This document shows positions 51,501 to 64,000 of a DNA stretch of 64,000 nucleotides, piece by piece; the stretch's first letter is position 1; every line of letters begins with the position of its first letter. The notes under the pieces are model-generated. The model saw only the letters and a list, made by a program, of their open reading frames with translations, was not told the DNA's origin and searched no databases. The DNA comes from Lama glama. Lineage: Eukaryota. Location of the stretch: NCBI GenBank assembly GCA_028534125.1, contig CM052817.1, positions 103,294,001-103,358,000 of the forward strand. Direction: 5' to 3'. The position numbers and the translations under genes were made by a program.

Positions 51501-53592
51501 CTAAATCTGCAATACTGCTCTTTTCAGCAAGGGTAACAAAGACAACAATCATTTTGACATCGCATTCTTGCAGCGTCTTCCATTAACTGAGTAATTACTA
51601 CGTCAGGCCCAGTACTAAGCACTGGGCAGGCAACATCTCACTCTCTCTACTAGACACAATGAGTACAGAGCCTGGGAGAAGCTGGTAACCCGCCCAAGAT
51701 CACGCACCTGGCAGGTCAAGTCTTCTAGGAGCTTGTAGATGGCACACAGGAACATTCTCACGTTGATAGTCAGGAATAAGTTTTTAAAGTTACTATTTAT
51801 TTCAGTAAGATAAACCCTTTCTTAAGTAAATTTATTTAAGCAAAACTTGAGTCATGTAGAGAAAAACATTACTAGCATCAGCACTAGTGAATATAGCAAA
51901 GTCATGAAGATGACACATCAATTACTGACTTGGGAGATCAGATTTAAGTGTTCTAATCTTTCAATGTCTGGTACCACTCTTATTTTCTGTGGTATTTACA
52001 TATCACTGAAAACGAAGAATGTGCTTTTTAATCTGAGGCCATCATAATCCATGGCTTATTTTCTCCAGAGCAGACTAACTGTACATTTAGTAACAAAGGT
52101 AGGAAGCTCCTTGATTGTAAGGAGGTGGTTTCTTAATGTTCTATTTAGGTCACAAAAGTATCTTGGGCATTGTCATTAAGAGGTCTGAAGAATATGACTT
52201 TTAAAATTAATTTTTCTGAGCTCTCTAGAGTAAAGGAACGGCTGAATAATGCTGCTTCTTATATGAAGCAGAAGTGTATTAATACAATAAAACCTCCAGT
52301 CACAAAGAACTACGATCTAACAGAAAATTTCCATCCACTTTCACCTTCCATATGCTTCAATTTTCAGATGCTTCAGTAGTATTACTGCTGTGACTGATTG
52401 AAAAAACCCTAAGTAAGGCACTCTAAAATCCTGAAGTGTATTCCAAAACATCAAAGAAAAAGCAATTACATTTGCAGTATACTCTGAGTGTTAATGATAT
52501 ATTCTAATAATCTAACAGTGATCAATTCCCATATAATGTATACATTGAGGAAAGGCCACATTCCAGAAGCTAAAACCCTGGTGGGAGCAGGGTCTGAGTG
52601 GAGAAACTTCAGGTCGCTACTAACAGCACCGCTCCGTTCCATCTGCTCTGTGACACTCAGTGCTATCAGAATCGACCTCACGTATCTGCTCCCACATTTT
52701 CTCTCTCTCTCTCTCCCTGCAAAACAACATACGCTCTAAGACAGCAGAGTCACATCTGTTTTAGTCCCTGCTGTAAACTCAGGTACCAGCAGAATATGTA
52801 GGTGGGTAATAAATAAATCAACCTGAATGTAAATTAACTTGTCACTCTAGTGTGTATTTGTATTTTAAAAGAGGTACAATTTTGGATGTCTTTTGACCCA
52901 GAAATACAAATGCTATTTCTAAAATGTATATGGGACACTTGTGTCCTACTGCGAATCCTCTCAGTCCCACCTCCTGCTCAAGCCACCACTACAGCAACCA
53001 AGTCCAAGCAGGACTTGATCCCCTCTGTGAAGATGTAACTTAACAGCGCCTCACCCCGGCCCCTACCATCCCTCCCTCTGGCTGTCTACCGGGGGTGCCC
53101 TGGGGACTCACACCTGCACAGTCTGGAAGCACAGGGGAAACGATGCTTGCAGGGCCACCACTAATCAGTGGAGAATGGTCCAAAGGAAGATGATGGGAAA
53201 ATGCTCCCCTTTTCTCTTCCCCAAGTCGATAGTTCTGAGACACATTTCATAAGGCTCCTCAAAAGGTCCTGACGAGAATAAACATGTTACATTTAGATGT
53301 GGCCAGATCTATACCACATCTTAAAATGGTTTTCCCTCCTTTCCAATTCCCCCCTATTCACTCACTTCACTGTCGCCCTCTTCCATCACTTTCCAAAGAA
53401 ACTAACTGCACAAAAGCTCTGCTATTATAGGCTATTATATCATACACAGAACAAACTGTGAATGTGGACATATTTAGTTATGATAGTATTATAGTGCTGT
53501 TTATAATATCAAGAATTGAACTTCAATGTCCAATAACAAGGGGTAGATAAGTAAACTCTATATTATCAGTAACAGTGAATACTTTGTAAGCA

Positions 53593-53917
53593 CAGCTGTC
53601 CCTCAGTTTCCATGGGGGACCGGATCCAAGACCCTCCAAGGGCACCTAAATCCGTGGATGCTCAAGTCCCTTCTATAGAACGGTGTAGTATTTGCATATA
53701 ACCTACACATACTTCCCACATACTTCAAACCATCACTAGATTACTTATAGTACCTAGTACAACGTAAATGCTACATAAATAGTTGTAAATACAATTTAAG
53801 TGTTATGTGACTAATTCCCAGCACACAGCTTTTTGGAACTTTCTGGATTTTTTTTTTTTAATATTTTCAACCTGCAGCTGGTTGGATGTGGAACCTGCAG
53901 ATATGGAGGGCCCACTG
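53593..53917 (+). mobile_element. MER2-type TcMar-Tigger MITE
   Basis: Terminal inverted repeats cagctgtccctcagtttcc ... gatatggagggcccactg. Internal gatgctcaagtccct...gtagtatttgcatataacctac. Confidence 0.8.
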
Positions 53918-55310
53918 AATTAAAAGAGATATGGTAGATAAACAGTTAATGACTTGGGAAAACATTCCTAATATAGTTAGTATAAAAAGCTAACTTCTAA
54001 ACAATGTAGAGTGCAATCCCCTTTTCTGCGAGCACATGTACATGTCAACACAGGACGGAGCTAGAGGAACGTACCACGGTTGTTAACGGGGATTACCTCC
54101 GGTTAATAGTCTTATGGAGGCTTTCTATTTTCTTCTTTCAATTTGTATTTTTTAAATTTTCAATAATGAATACGCACCATTTAAATGGACACTTATTTTA
54201 AAGAAAGTGGGGGAGAAACAAGTAAAGAAACGCCTTTCTGGACCTCCAGAATTCCAGCCAATACAGCGATGGTAACTGGAGCTGCTTACTCAGTGACTAT
54301 CACCCACCACTCGCCAGACACTGTCCGGTCTGGCCTGTCCTCTGAGTACCGGGAGGCTGAAAGGTCTTTCATTTCATCAGGCTAGTGTTTTGTACAACAT
54401 AAAGCAGGCGCTACACGTTACTGTTCTTGCTCATATGAACAGCATCTTTCTGTGCTTGGAGAAACATGAACTAAAAGAACGTGCCAGCTGATTAAATAAA
54501 CTGAACTTCAAATGCTATCACTTTGTTAAACAGAAAAAAAATGTTTTTCATCTAGACATGTTGATTCCCAACATATGGAGACACAGAAAGCCTGAACATT
54601 TTACCCTGTGGAGATGTGTTCTGCAATGAACAAAGAAGTGGGGGCAAAGCTACCGCTGATTACTGAAGACAAGTAGAACAGAGACAGAGAAGACACCCAA
54701 GCCAATTAGCACCCGCGCGACACTCTTATCCCAGCTGCACATTTTAAAGTAAGATGCTCTCATCCTACTTCACGTTGCTGACAAGCCAAATTACACATAA
54801 GATGTTTCGCTTTGACAAGTACACTCCTTCTGCTTGGCTATTAGGATCTCAAGTTTATTTTGAGCTTGGACACTTACTCCATAGTGGGAAATAATTTATG
54901 CATCTTTTAAATCTTTTAAATCCTGAGTCATTTACAGTGTGTTTATTAGAAGACACTACCAAAGGGTCTGCTTATTCCACAGATGTAAGATTTCCAGATG
55001 TCTAGGAAAACATTCGAACACGAAACTCACAGCTCAGTCGCTGTTAACATTAAAGTCAATGTACTGATAAAAGGCAGATTTTTATTAATTTCTCAGCCAC
55101 CTTATACTCATATCAGAAGCACCTATTTATGAAAATGTCAGGGCCTTGTTGCCAGGAATAACACGAAAACAAACAAGGAAACAGCTGTCCAAAGAGCATC
55201 AGCAGAGGGCAGAAATTATCCCCAAACTTATATCTTGTTAGACTAAAAATGCCTCATTATGAAATATAACCTGTAACTTTCATTAGCACACATTTTCTAA
55301 AATCTGCACT

Positions 55311-55430
55311 TGGGTGGGAGTAGGGGACATACAGCTCAGTGGTGGAGCACATGCTTAGCATGCGTGAGGTCCTGGGTTCAATCCCAGTGCCTCCACTGAC
55401 AAAAAAACAAATAAACAAACAATAACAAAA
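55311..55430 (+). mobile_element. tRNA-Ala-derived SINE (Vic-1-like)
   Basis: agctcagtggtggagcacatgcttagcatgcgtgaggtcctgggttcaatccc plus (AAAC)n tail. Confidence 0.85.
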
Positions 55431-56836
55431 CATTGCATTTACTCCCCAATTTATAAGTAAGTCATGCCCCACAAGTTTATCAATTGGCTGCATGACACTC
55501 CCTGCATATTTACTCATAGAAACAGTATCAAAAGTAGGTATAAACCACAATAGCAAAGAATATAATATTACTATCTGACTCTATGACCTCAGAGGGCAGT
55601 GGGTGCAGGGAAGGAGGAAGAAAGTTTCCTTCCTCTTTCTGGGATGAAGGCCTGACCGGGGACAGAGTTTTGAAATAGGAAGTGTTTGTCCTTCACATTC
55701 TGCCACCTCTTTTGCACGTCTACATCTCAAAGCCCTAAAGCCGGGCCACAGCCACAGGCAGCCAGCTCTCTGCTCTGTGCACCCAGATATGATTCTCCAC
55801 CCAGATCTGTCTTTCCTGCTAAGTGTTTCATCTTCTGAATATACCTACCCCACCACCCTCTCCCAGCACACCTCTACCCAAGCTCCATCCCTCGGGACAG
55901 CTACTGTCAGCAGGGTCAAAAGGAAAGCCATCTCATTATTATTTCACATTAATAGTTAATAACATATCACCTTCCAGGACAAATCTCTTCCAGAGGTATT
56001 CAAAGATTTAAGAGAGGCTGACTCTTATGCAAAATACATCTGTAATTGATGACATTTCCAATGATATAATAAATGAAGGGGAAAAGCAAAGGTGGCAGAG
56101 AGAAGAAATATGGGTCTCCTACACTGTCCTTTTTGCAGCTGCTTCTTCCATTATTTTTAATACAAGGTTTCCTGAAAACCCCCAGTGGCTCAAATGCACA
56201 ATGAAGACAGCACCTACCCTGCAGAGTTGCTGAAAAAAATTAATTAAGTTGGTCAACCATTCAACACAGTGCCTAGCTCATGACCCAACTAGCACATTAG
56301 CACTAATTCAAGGCTTTTTTTCCTTAGTTTGAACATTCAGTCCCATTACAATCAAATGTCAGGATTTCATTTCTCTCTCACAGAGGACGTTCTATCCAGG
56401 TCATTCACAGTAAGCGTAAGGTTTCTTTCTTTTTGCATCAAATATTCCAAAAGTGAAAGATATAACCAAACAAACTGGAAAAGAACAAACAACATACAAA
56501 TATGGGAAATATATTTGATACCTCACTAGTTATTAAATATAAAATAACAAGAAAGCATTTTTATGATAACTGATAAAAAAATTAAACATCATACATTCAG
56601 ATCAAAGCACAGTTAAGTTTGGATCCTAGCATATTTTTGCTGTCAGTGTAAACCAGTCAACTGTCTTAGAGAGGAAATAAGCAATATTCATCAAGAGCTA
56701 CCAAAAATTATAAAGGTTTAAAGCTTTTGACCCTGGAAGTATGTCCTGCAAATCGACTTTGAGAAAATAGTTCCAAGAATGAAACAGGCTATATCCATGA
56801 ATTCTACTTTAACGTTACTTACAAGAGCAGGGGAAA

Positions 56837-59800
56837 GATGGCGGAGTGATAGGACCAAGAGGGCACCTCTCCTGGTGACTACAACAAAACCACAACTGAC
56901 TGCTAAACAACCATCGGAAAAAGACTGGAACCTAGCAAAAAAAAACCTTCTTCAACTGGGAATATAAAGAGGGAACCACAGTGGGATGGCAGGAGGGGTG
57001 TGTTCACATTATAATCAGGCCCTATATCCCCGTGGGTATGCGACCCACAAGCAGAAGAATAACTAAGTTGCAGAGGCCCTCCCATAGGAGTGACAGTTCT
57101 GAGCCCCACGTCAGGCTCCCCAGCCCGGGGTTCCAGCACCGGGAGGAGGAGACCCCAGGACGTCTGGTTTTGAAGCCCTGTGAGACTCCACTCCAGGAGC
57201 CCCTACGACTGGGGAAAATAGAGACTTCAGTCTCTTGGGAAGCATTTATACAATCTTATGTGCATCGGATCCAAGGGCAGAGGCAGTGATTTCATAGGAA
57301 TCTGAACCAGACCTGCCTGCTGGTTTTGGAAGGTCTCCTAGGGACATAAGGGACAGCTGTAGCTCACCCAGGGGACATAAAAGCTGATGGCTGACATTCT
57401 GGGAGTGTTCACCTATATGAGCTTTCCTGGAGGCTGACATCTTGACTGGATCATTAGCACCAAGACCCAGCCCCACCCAACAGCCAGTAGTCTTAAGGGC
57501 TGGGAAGCCTCAGCACAAACAACATACTGGGTGGGAACGCAGCCCCCTCCCCCCCATTAACAGACTTCCTGAGCCCACAGCTCCCTCAAGACTCACCTCT
57601 AGACACAGTCCTACCCACCAGAGGGCCAGGACCCAACTCCACCCAGCAATGGGCAGGCACCAACTCCTCTTGCCAGGAAACCTGCATAAACCTCTAGCAG
57701 GGCCTCATCCACCAAGGGGTAGACACCAGAAATAAGAAAACAACAATCTCAAAGCCTGTGGAAGGAATCCACAAACACAGGCCAGACTCTACCCTGGGAC
57801 TGGCTGGACCCTGGCTTTTGGGTGACCAGAGAGGAGAGTCCTGCTGGGACGCATAGGACATCTCCCACACAGAGCCAGCTCTCCAAGGTCAAGAAACGTT
57901 AACTAACCTAACTAAAAATACTAGTAGAAAGGTAAGACAATATGAGGTGGCAGAGGAATATCTTCCAGGCCAAGGCACAAGAAAAAAATCCCAGAAGAAG
58001 AAATAAGTGATGAGGAGATAAGCAATTTATCTGAGAAGGAGTTTAGAGTGATGATGGAGAAGATGTTCACAGAACTCAAGAAGAGTATAGAAGCACAGAG
58101 CAAAGTTTTTAGCAAAGAGTTGGAAAATATAAAGAATACCCAAACAGAGTTGAAGAATTAAATTACTGAAATGAATAACACACTAGAAAGAACCAAGAAT
58201 AGACTAAATGAGGTAGAAGAACAGATCAGTAAACTAGAAGACAGATTAATGGAAATCACTACTGCAGAACAGAAAAAAGAATGAAAAGAAATGAGGATAG
58301 TTTAAGGGAACTCTGGGACGACATGAAGCACACTAATACTCACATTATAGAGGTCCCAAAGAGAGAAAAGAGAAAGGACCGGAGAAAATTTTTGAAGGGA
58401 TAATAACCGAAAACTTCCTTAACTTGGGAAAGGAAACAGTCACCCAAGTCCAGGAAGCGCAAAGAGTTCCACAGGATCAACCCAAAGAGGAACACACCAA
58501 GGGACACAGTCATCAAACTGACAAAAATTAAGGATAAGGAGAAAATATTAAAATCAGCAAGAGAAAAGCAACAAATAACATACAAGGGAACTCCCATAAG
58601 GTCATCAGCTGATTTTTCAACAGAAACTCTACAGGCCAAAAGGGAGTGGCATGATATATTTAAAGTGATGAAAGGGAGAAACTTACAAGAATACTGTGTC
58701 CAGCAAGGTTCTCATTCAGATTTGATGGAGAAATCAAAAGCTTCGCAGATAAACAAAAGCTAAAAGAATTCACCAAACCAGCTTTACAACAAATGTTAAA
58801 GGAAGTTTTCTAGTCACCAAACCACAAGAAAGAGAACAAAAAGAGAGAGGAAGGAAAAAAAAGATCTACAAATGATTGCTTTGCCAATTTGGGGTCTTTG
58901 GTGGTTCCATATAAATGTTAGATTTGTTCTAGTTCTGTCTAAGATGTCATGAGTATTTTGACGGGGGTTGCATTGGGTCTGTGGATTGCTTTGGATAGTT
59001 TGGCCATTCTGATAGTGTTAATTCCTCCAATCAAAGAGTGTATCTTTTCATTTCTTTGTATCATCTTCAATTTCCTTCATCAATGTTTTATAGTTTTTGG
59101 GGTGTAGGTAACCTTCTTGGTTAAGTTTATTTCTGGGTCTTTAGTTGTTTTTGATGCAATGGAAATGTTTATACCAGTTACAAAATTCTGGTTTTTGAAG
59201 TGCAAAAAAAAAAGTGGATGAAGGACTGAAAATGGCAAAGTATCCTTCTTTTTTATGGGTGAGTTTTATTCCATTGCATATGTGTGCTACTTCTTCTTTG
59301 TTCATTCATCTGCTGAAGTGCACCTGAGACGCTTCCATGTCTTGGCAACTGTAAATAGTACTGCTATTAACAGCAGGGTGTATGTATCTTTTTGAATTAA
59401 TGTTTTTGTTTTTTTCCCAGATATATGTCCAGGAGTGGAGCTGCTGGGTCATATTCTATTTTTAGGTTTCTATTTTAAGGTTTTTGAGAAACCTCCATAT
59501 TGTTTTCCATGGTGGCTGCACCAGTTTACATTCCCACCAACTGTATACAGGCGTTCCCTTTTATCCACATCCTTGCCAACATGTTATTTGTGTTCTTTTT
59601 GATGATGGCCATTCTGACAGCTGTGAGATGATGTCTCGTGATTTTCATTTGCATTTCCCTGATATTAGTGATGTTGAGCAACTTTTCATGTTCCTGTTGA
59701 CCATCTGCATTTCCTCTTTTGGAAAAATGTCTATTCAGTTCTTCTGTCCATATTTTAAATGGATTTGTTGGTTGGTTGGTTGGTTGCTTTTAAACTGAAG

Positions 59801-60429
59801 TACAGTTGATTTGAAACGTTGTGTTAGTTTCTGGTGTCCAGCATGGGTGGACTTGGAGGGCATTATGCTAAGTGAAATAAGTCAGACAGAGAAAGACAAA
59901 TACTGTAAGATACCACTTACATGTGGAATCTAAAAAAATACAACAAACTAGTGAATATAACAGAAAAGAAACAGACTCACAGATGGAGAGAAGGAACTAG
60001 TGGTTACCAGTGGGGAGAGGGAAGGGGGGTAATGAGGTGGAGGATTAAGAGGTACAAACTATCAGGTATAAAATCAGCTGCAAGGATGTGCTGTACAACA
60101 TGGGGAACACAGCCAATATTTTATATTAACTATAAACGGAGTATAACCTTTAAAACTGTGAATCACGATATTATATACCTGTAACATATAATACTGTACA
60201 TCAACTAGACCTCAATTTTAAAAATACAATATTGTAAAATAAATACAAAACTTTTTTTAAAGCTGAAGCTCTAAAACTGTTCTGAGACAATGAACAGTAC
60301 ATATATGTAAATTTTTTAAAATGTCAGTATATTGTATATATGTGCTTACATGCAATATATTATATATGTGCAAACTGTATCAATTTTACCTAATAAAACT
60401 GAAAAATGAAAAAATAACTACATTTAAAA
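56837..60429 (+). mobile_element. Rearranged L1: sense 5'UTR+ORF1, inverted ORF2 segments, sense 3'UTR with extra tail
   Basis: 5' end aagatggcgg. ORF1 ~57942-58813. Antisense ORF2 pieces at ~58875-59165 and ~59225-59765. Sense 3' end from ~59840. TSD aagagcaggggaaa (56823-56836) / aagagtaggggaaa (60430-60443). Confidence 0.82.
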
Positions 60430-61489
60430 AAGAGTAGGGGAAAAAACAACTTAAGAGTTAACAATATGACAACTAACTAAATTATGATAAACTGACATTA
60501 ACAAAATATTATAATCAATGACAATGAAGACTAACAATGGTTAAAAAACAAATATTTTTTAAATATTTGCAATAACATACAATCATATTATAAAATTAAA
60601 TGAATATTCAGCTTTAACCCATAATCATATTAGAAAAACTTTAATAGACATCAAGTTCCTTTGATCTCTGAACAAACAAAACACTGAACTTTCACACATG
60701 ATTCATTTTTCCTAATACACAGTGGACATAAGTAAAGAAAGTCGTCCATGGGTCCTTTCAGTGACAGCCTGGCTCCCTGCCCTGGCACTCACCAGTTCCA
60801 TAGCTGGCAGCTTTGTATCTGAAACTAATCTTGTCTCTAAGCAGAGAGAACGTCTGGGCTCTAAGCAGCTCAACCCAGTGGGTGCTAGTTTACGCCAACA
60901 CTGACGTGGCCCTGGGCACCGTGATGCCCTGCTCCCCAGACCCAGTTCCAGCCCACATGCCCCTCACTGCCTTGAACTAGGGCCCTTCTCTCAGTGGACC
61001 CGACTTGACTGTGCACTGACCCTTTCTCCCAAAGACTAAAATCCTGCCCCTGAGTCCCTGCCCAGAAGATACAGAATGCTTGTTCCCAGGTTCCCTTCCT
61101 CCCGTCCTACCAGGACCTGCTTGGCTAGCTTCTAGTTCTCAAACAGGGCCAGCTTATCCTACAGACATTCCCTCATTATTCATTTAACTAATATTGATCG
61201 AGCTTCTAACTAACACTAATCACTAGTCTAGGTTCTAGGGATATGGCAGTGACTAGAGCCTGCACTGTAAGAGGCAGCGCTTACATTTCGTAGGGGCACG
61301 TGGAGTCTCCATCGTGCCAGTACTCCTGCCTTCACAGGCGTCTTCGGATCTCAGAGTCTGAAGTCCGCAGGCACGAGAGGGCTCAGGAGCTGTAGATGTG
61401 AAGCCCCAACCTGTCACTGAGTTCCTGGAAAGCCTTAGGGGCAGAATGGAGTCAGTAGGAAGAGAATGGAGAATGGAAACTGTACCATC

Positions 61490-61680
61490 AGCTCTAGAGT
61501 CAGAGAACGCTGGTCCTGAAGGCTGGGTACACACCATCCCAGCTGTGCAACCCCAGAAAGTCACTTAGCCCCTCGGAGCTACAATCCTCCGATTTGCGAA
61601 AAACAACCATCAGTCCACATGTTGTAAAAACTAAATGAGGTCAGTACTTTGCAAAGTGACTGGAACACGGAAGGCAGTAG
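61490..61680 (+). mobile_element. MIR SINE (decayed)
   Basis: gctctagagtcaga...agctgtgcaacc..gaaagtcacttagcccctcggagct..atttgcgaaa...gttgtaaaaactaaatgag. Confidence 0.6.
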
Positions 61681-62172
61681 CCCCTTCTTCCAAAATGAAT
61701 GTTTTATTCTATTTCTCTTATTATTTATCAGAATTAATCACTTCCATCTCCTCTCCTTTAGTCTCTACTCTAAAACGACTACAAATCAAAAAACATGACT
61801 ACTGCTCTCTCAACTAACTGAACATGCATTTCACTCCTATAGGTCAACACTCCCCACTGTATCTCCATCAGATCCTCCAAGATTCTTCCTCTACACAACC
61901 TCAGAATTTCACGAATAATTAGGGAACAGACCATCACTGATTCCACATCCACCTTCCAAAACCAGAATTTAAAAGATTAGATCAGCCTTTGGAAATTGTG
62001 GCATCTACCCATTATCTAAAGAAGAAAATAGGGACTGACAAGTGCCATCATTAGGCCTCAAAAATATGTTTTAATTAAAATTTAAGCAAGTTTAAGGGGC
62101 CAAGAAAATCAGTTAAAGAACAGAAGATATGTATCTCTTAATACAGGGGGTGAAGGACACCTCTGACTTTTC

Positions 62173-62309
62173 TTTTTGGGGGGGAGGAGGAGGTAATTTG
62201 GTTTGTTTGTTTGTTTGTTTATTTAAATGGAGGTACTGGGGATTGAACCCAGGACCTTATGCATGCTAGGCATGTACTCTACCACTGAGCTATACCCTCC
62301 CCCTACCCA
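62173..62309 (-). mobile_element. tRNA-Ala-derived SINE (Vic-1-like)
   Basis: Minus strand GGGGAGGGTATAGCTCAGTGGTAGAG...GGTTCAATCCCCAGTACCTCCA plus (AAAC)n. TSD tgacttttc (62164-62172 / 62310-62318). Confidence 0.88.
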
Positions 62310-63930
62310 TGACTTTTCAAATGTGCTGCATGGATAATATTTAAAACTATGGATGATAATCACCAAATTAACTGCCAAATATAATTGTCAAAATAGTTTA
62401 CATTCATTGTTTCCTTTTTCTGTCAGTCACTTGGTCTACGCAAAAATAACCATTCAAACCATTACGAATACAGGATTGGATTAAACTTTCATTCAAACAT
62501 GCCTGAAAACCAAACATTTTTAAATGAAGAAAAAAAATCTTAATATGATCAATTTGAGAGCTCCTTTACCAAGGATTCATTATTCTTCCACCAACAAATA
62601 TTTCTTCCTCCTCCCAAAATCTGTAATGTTGATAAAAATGGGGGCGTCTTTACCCAACCATCACTGTTAAGGAGGTATCACAGAATAGTTAACGGGGAGC
62701 AACTTGACATGTGTAATAAAATGAGTAAGGCTTTAAGCAAGAGCTCTATCTTCAAAAAAAAAAAAAAAACTGGGTCATATGGAGACTCCCTGCTCTCCCA
62801 CTCCTTCCTGTTCTGTCCTCTCCTCCCTCTCACGTTCTTGACTTTTTGTCTATGCTGCTCCTTTTTCATCTCCTTTCCAAATTGATTCATATTATTCAGA
62901 GGCTCCCAAAGATTACCAAATTTATTCCAATGGGATTTTTTTCAAGGCTGAAGTGGCCACTACTAATTTTTAAAGATTTTTTTTGTTTTTTTTTTTACAA
63001 ATATAATGCTAACTCAAAAGACACATACATACATGTGCGTGCATGCACACACACTCTGTCTCTCTCAAACACATACACACAACACACTCCTACTCCTTAG
63101 ACAAACAGTTCTTTTCAGGGACATGCTACATTTCATCAGAAATTATTCTACATTCTCTCATCTCAATCCTGCCTGTAATCAGTATTCATACAACATCTTC
63201 TAACTTTGTTTCTTAAAGTCTATGCTTGATATAAAAAGTGAGGTTAAGATAAAATCAAATTACTGCTGGACAATGAAAAGTGAGAAGATACTGGCAACAT
63301 GCCTGATGCAAATGCGCCCTCCCCACACAGGCTCCGAACCTAAACACGAGGCAGAGACCACAGATCAGGAACAAAACCCACCTGGTAAGGACTCTGACTT
63401 ATTTCTAACTTTTCTCATCCCTACTCAACACTTCAACACTGCTCATAAGATGCTAACTCATAATCAGGGTAGAATTGGTTTTTTGTTCATCAAGATTAAC
63501 AAGCTTGTATATTCCACATGAAGCTACTTAAAACATGAATTGCAAAATGACTCAAATGTCTGGACATCTTCAAAGAGTATATATTTCAATGATATAAAGC
63601 CACAACAAATAACGTAATTACTAACTCTTCTGGAGTAACTAACTTTTCCCCAAACAAAAGCTTAAAAAACCACCTCAATTGTGATGTCCATCTAGTTTTA
63701 TAGGATGTTCTAGCTCTAGATTTTCTCAGAGTAGCTGACCTCAGTGGCTTCTTCCATATTAAATTCTACATAAGCTATTCTGTACTCTTATATAGAGTAA
63801 AACAATTTAACTAGCATGATTGAAAAACGGATGTTCTAACTGGTCAAATACTTTGATTAAAATTATGAGGATTACCAAGCTCTAACTTAAAGCATAATAA
63901 AATACAACTAAAATAAAAACTTAATTGTAG

Positions 63931-64000
63931 TGTGGAGGGTATAGCTCAGCAGAAGAGTGCATGCTTAGCATGCCAGAGGTCCTGGGTTCAATCCCCAGTA
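63931..64000 (+). mobile_element. tRNA-Ala-derived SINE (Vic-1-like), cut by the window edge
   Basis: ggagggtatagctcagcagaagagtgcatgcttagcatgc..ggtcctgggttcaatccccagta. Confidence 0.85.

Noticed and set aside
52682..52716. Possible minus-strand micro-exon (TTTTGCAG|GGAGAG...GATAC|GTGAGG)
   Set aside because: 35 nt, frame-shifting, built on a GA microsatellite, and unsupported without transcript data.
62228..62303. tRNA-Ala gene
   Set aside because: It has a simple-repeat tail and TSD, and multiple diverged copies occur in the window, so it is a SINE rather than a tRNA gene.
48550..64000. Upstream KLHL2 BTB exons
   Set aside because: No BTB-coding sequence recognised. This stretch appears to be intron, with the earlier exons outside the window.
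1..64000. CRISPR arrays, operons or other prokaryotic systems
   Set aside because: The sequence is mammalian exon/intron DNA with no regularly spaced direct repeats.

Overview
Mammalian genomic DNA, probably camelid (inferred from five tRNA-Ala-derived, Vic-1-like SINE copies). The window holds the 3' part of KLHL2 (Mayven, a BTB-BACK-Kelch CUL3 adaptor) on the minus strand. Eleven coding exons between 48549 and 1849 splice into one open frame of 1401 nt (466 aa plus stop), followed by a ~1.1 kb 3'UTR with AATAAA at 778-783. The upstream exons lie beyond the right edge. The introns are filled with repeats: L1 elements, a solo ERV1-type LTR, MER58/MER2-type DNA transposons, MIRs and a long ancient CR1/L3 relic. 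There is a 500-N gap at 22655-23154. Notable observations: (1) a sharply local GC/CpG surge over two Kelch exons, consistent with GC-biased gene conversion; (2) two GC-AG introns, one with a weak donor; (3) three TSD-bounded L1 insertions that keep their 5' ends but are internally deleted or rearranged, including an ORF1-only (HAL1-like) element; (4) an extra 3' tail shared by separate L1 copies; (5) a ~3.3 kb CR1 ORF2 fossil. I found no convincing wholly new biological system. Exon numbers follow the human gene from memory, and repeat family names come from visual recognition, not from a search.
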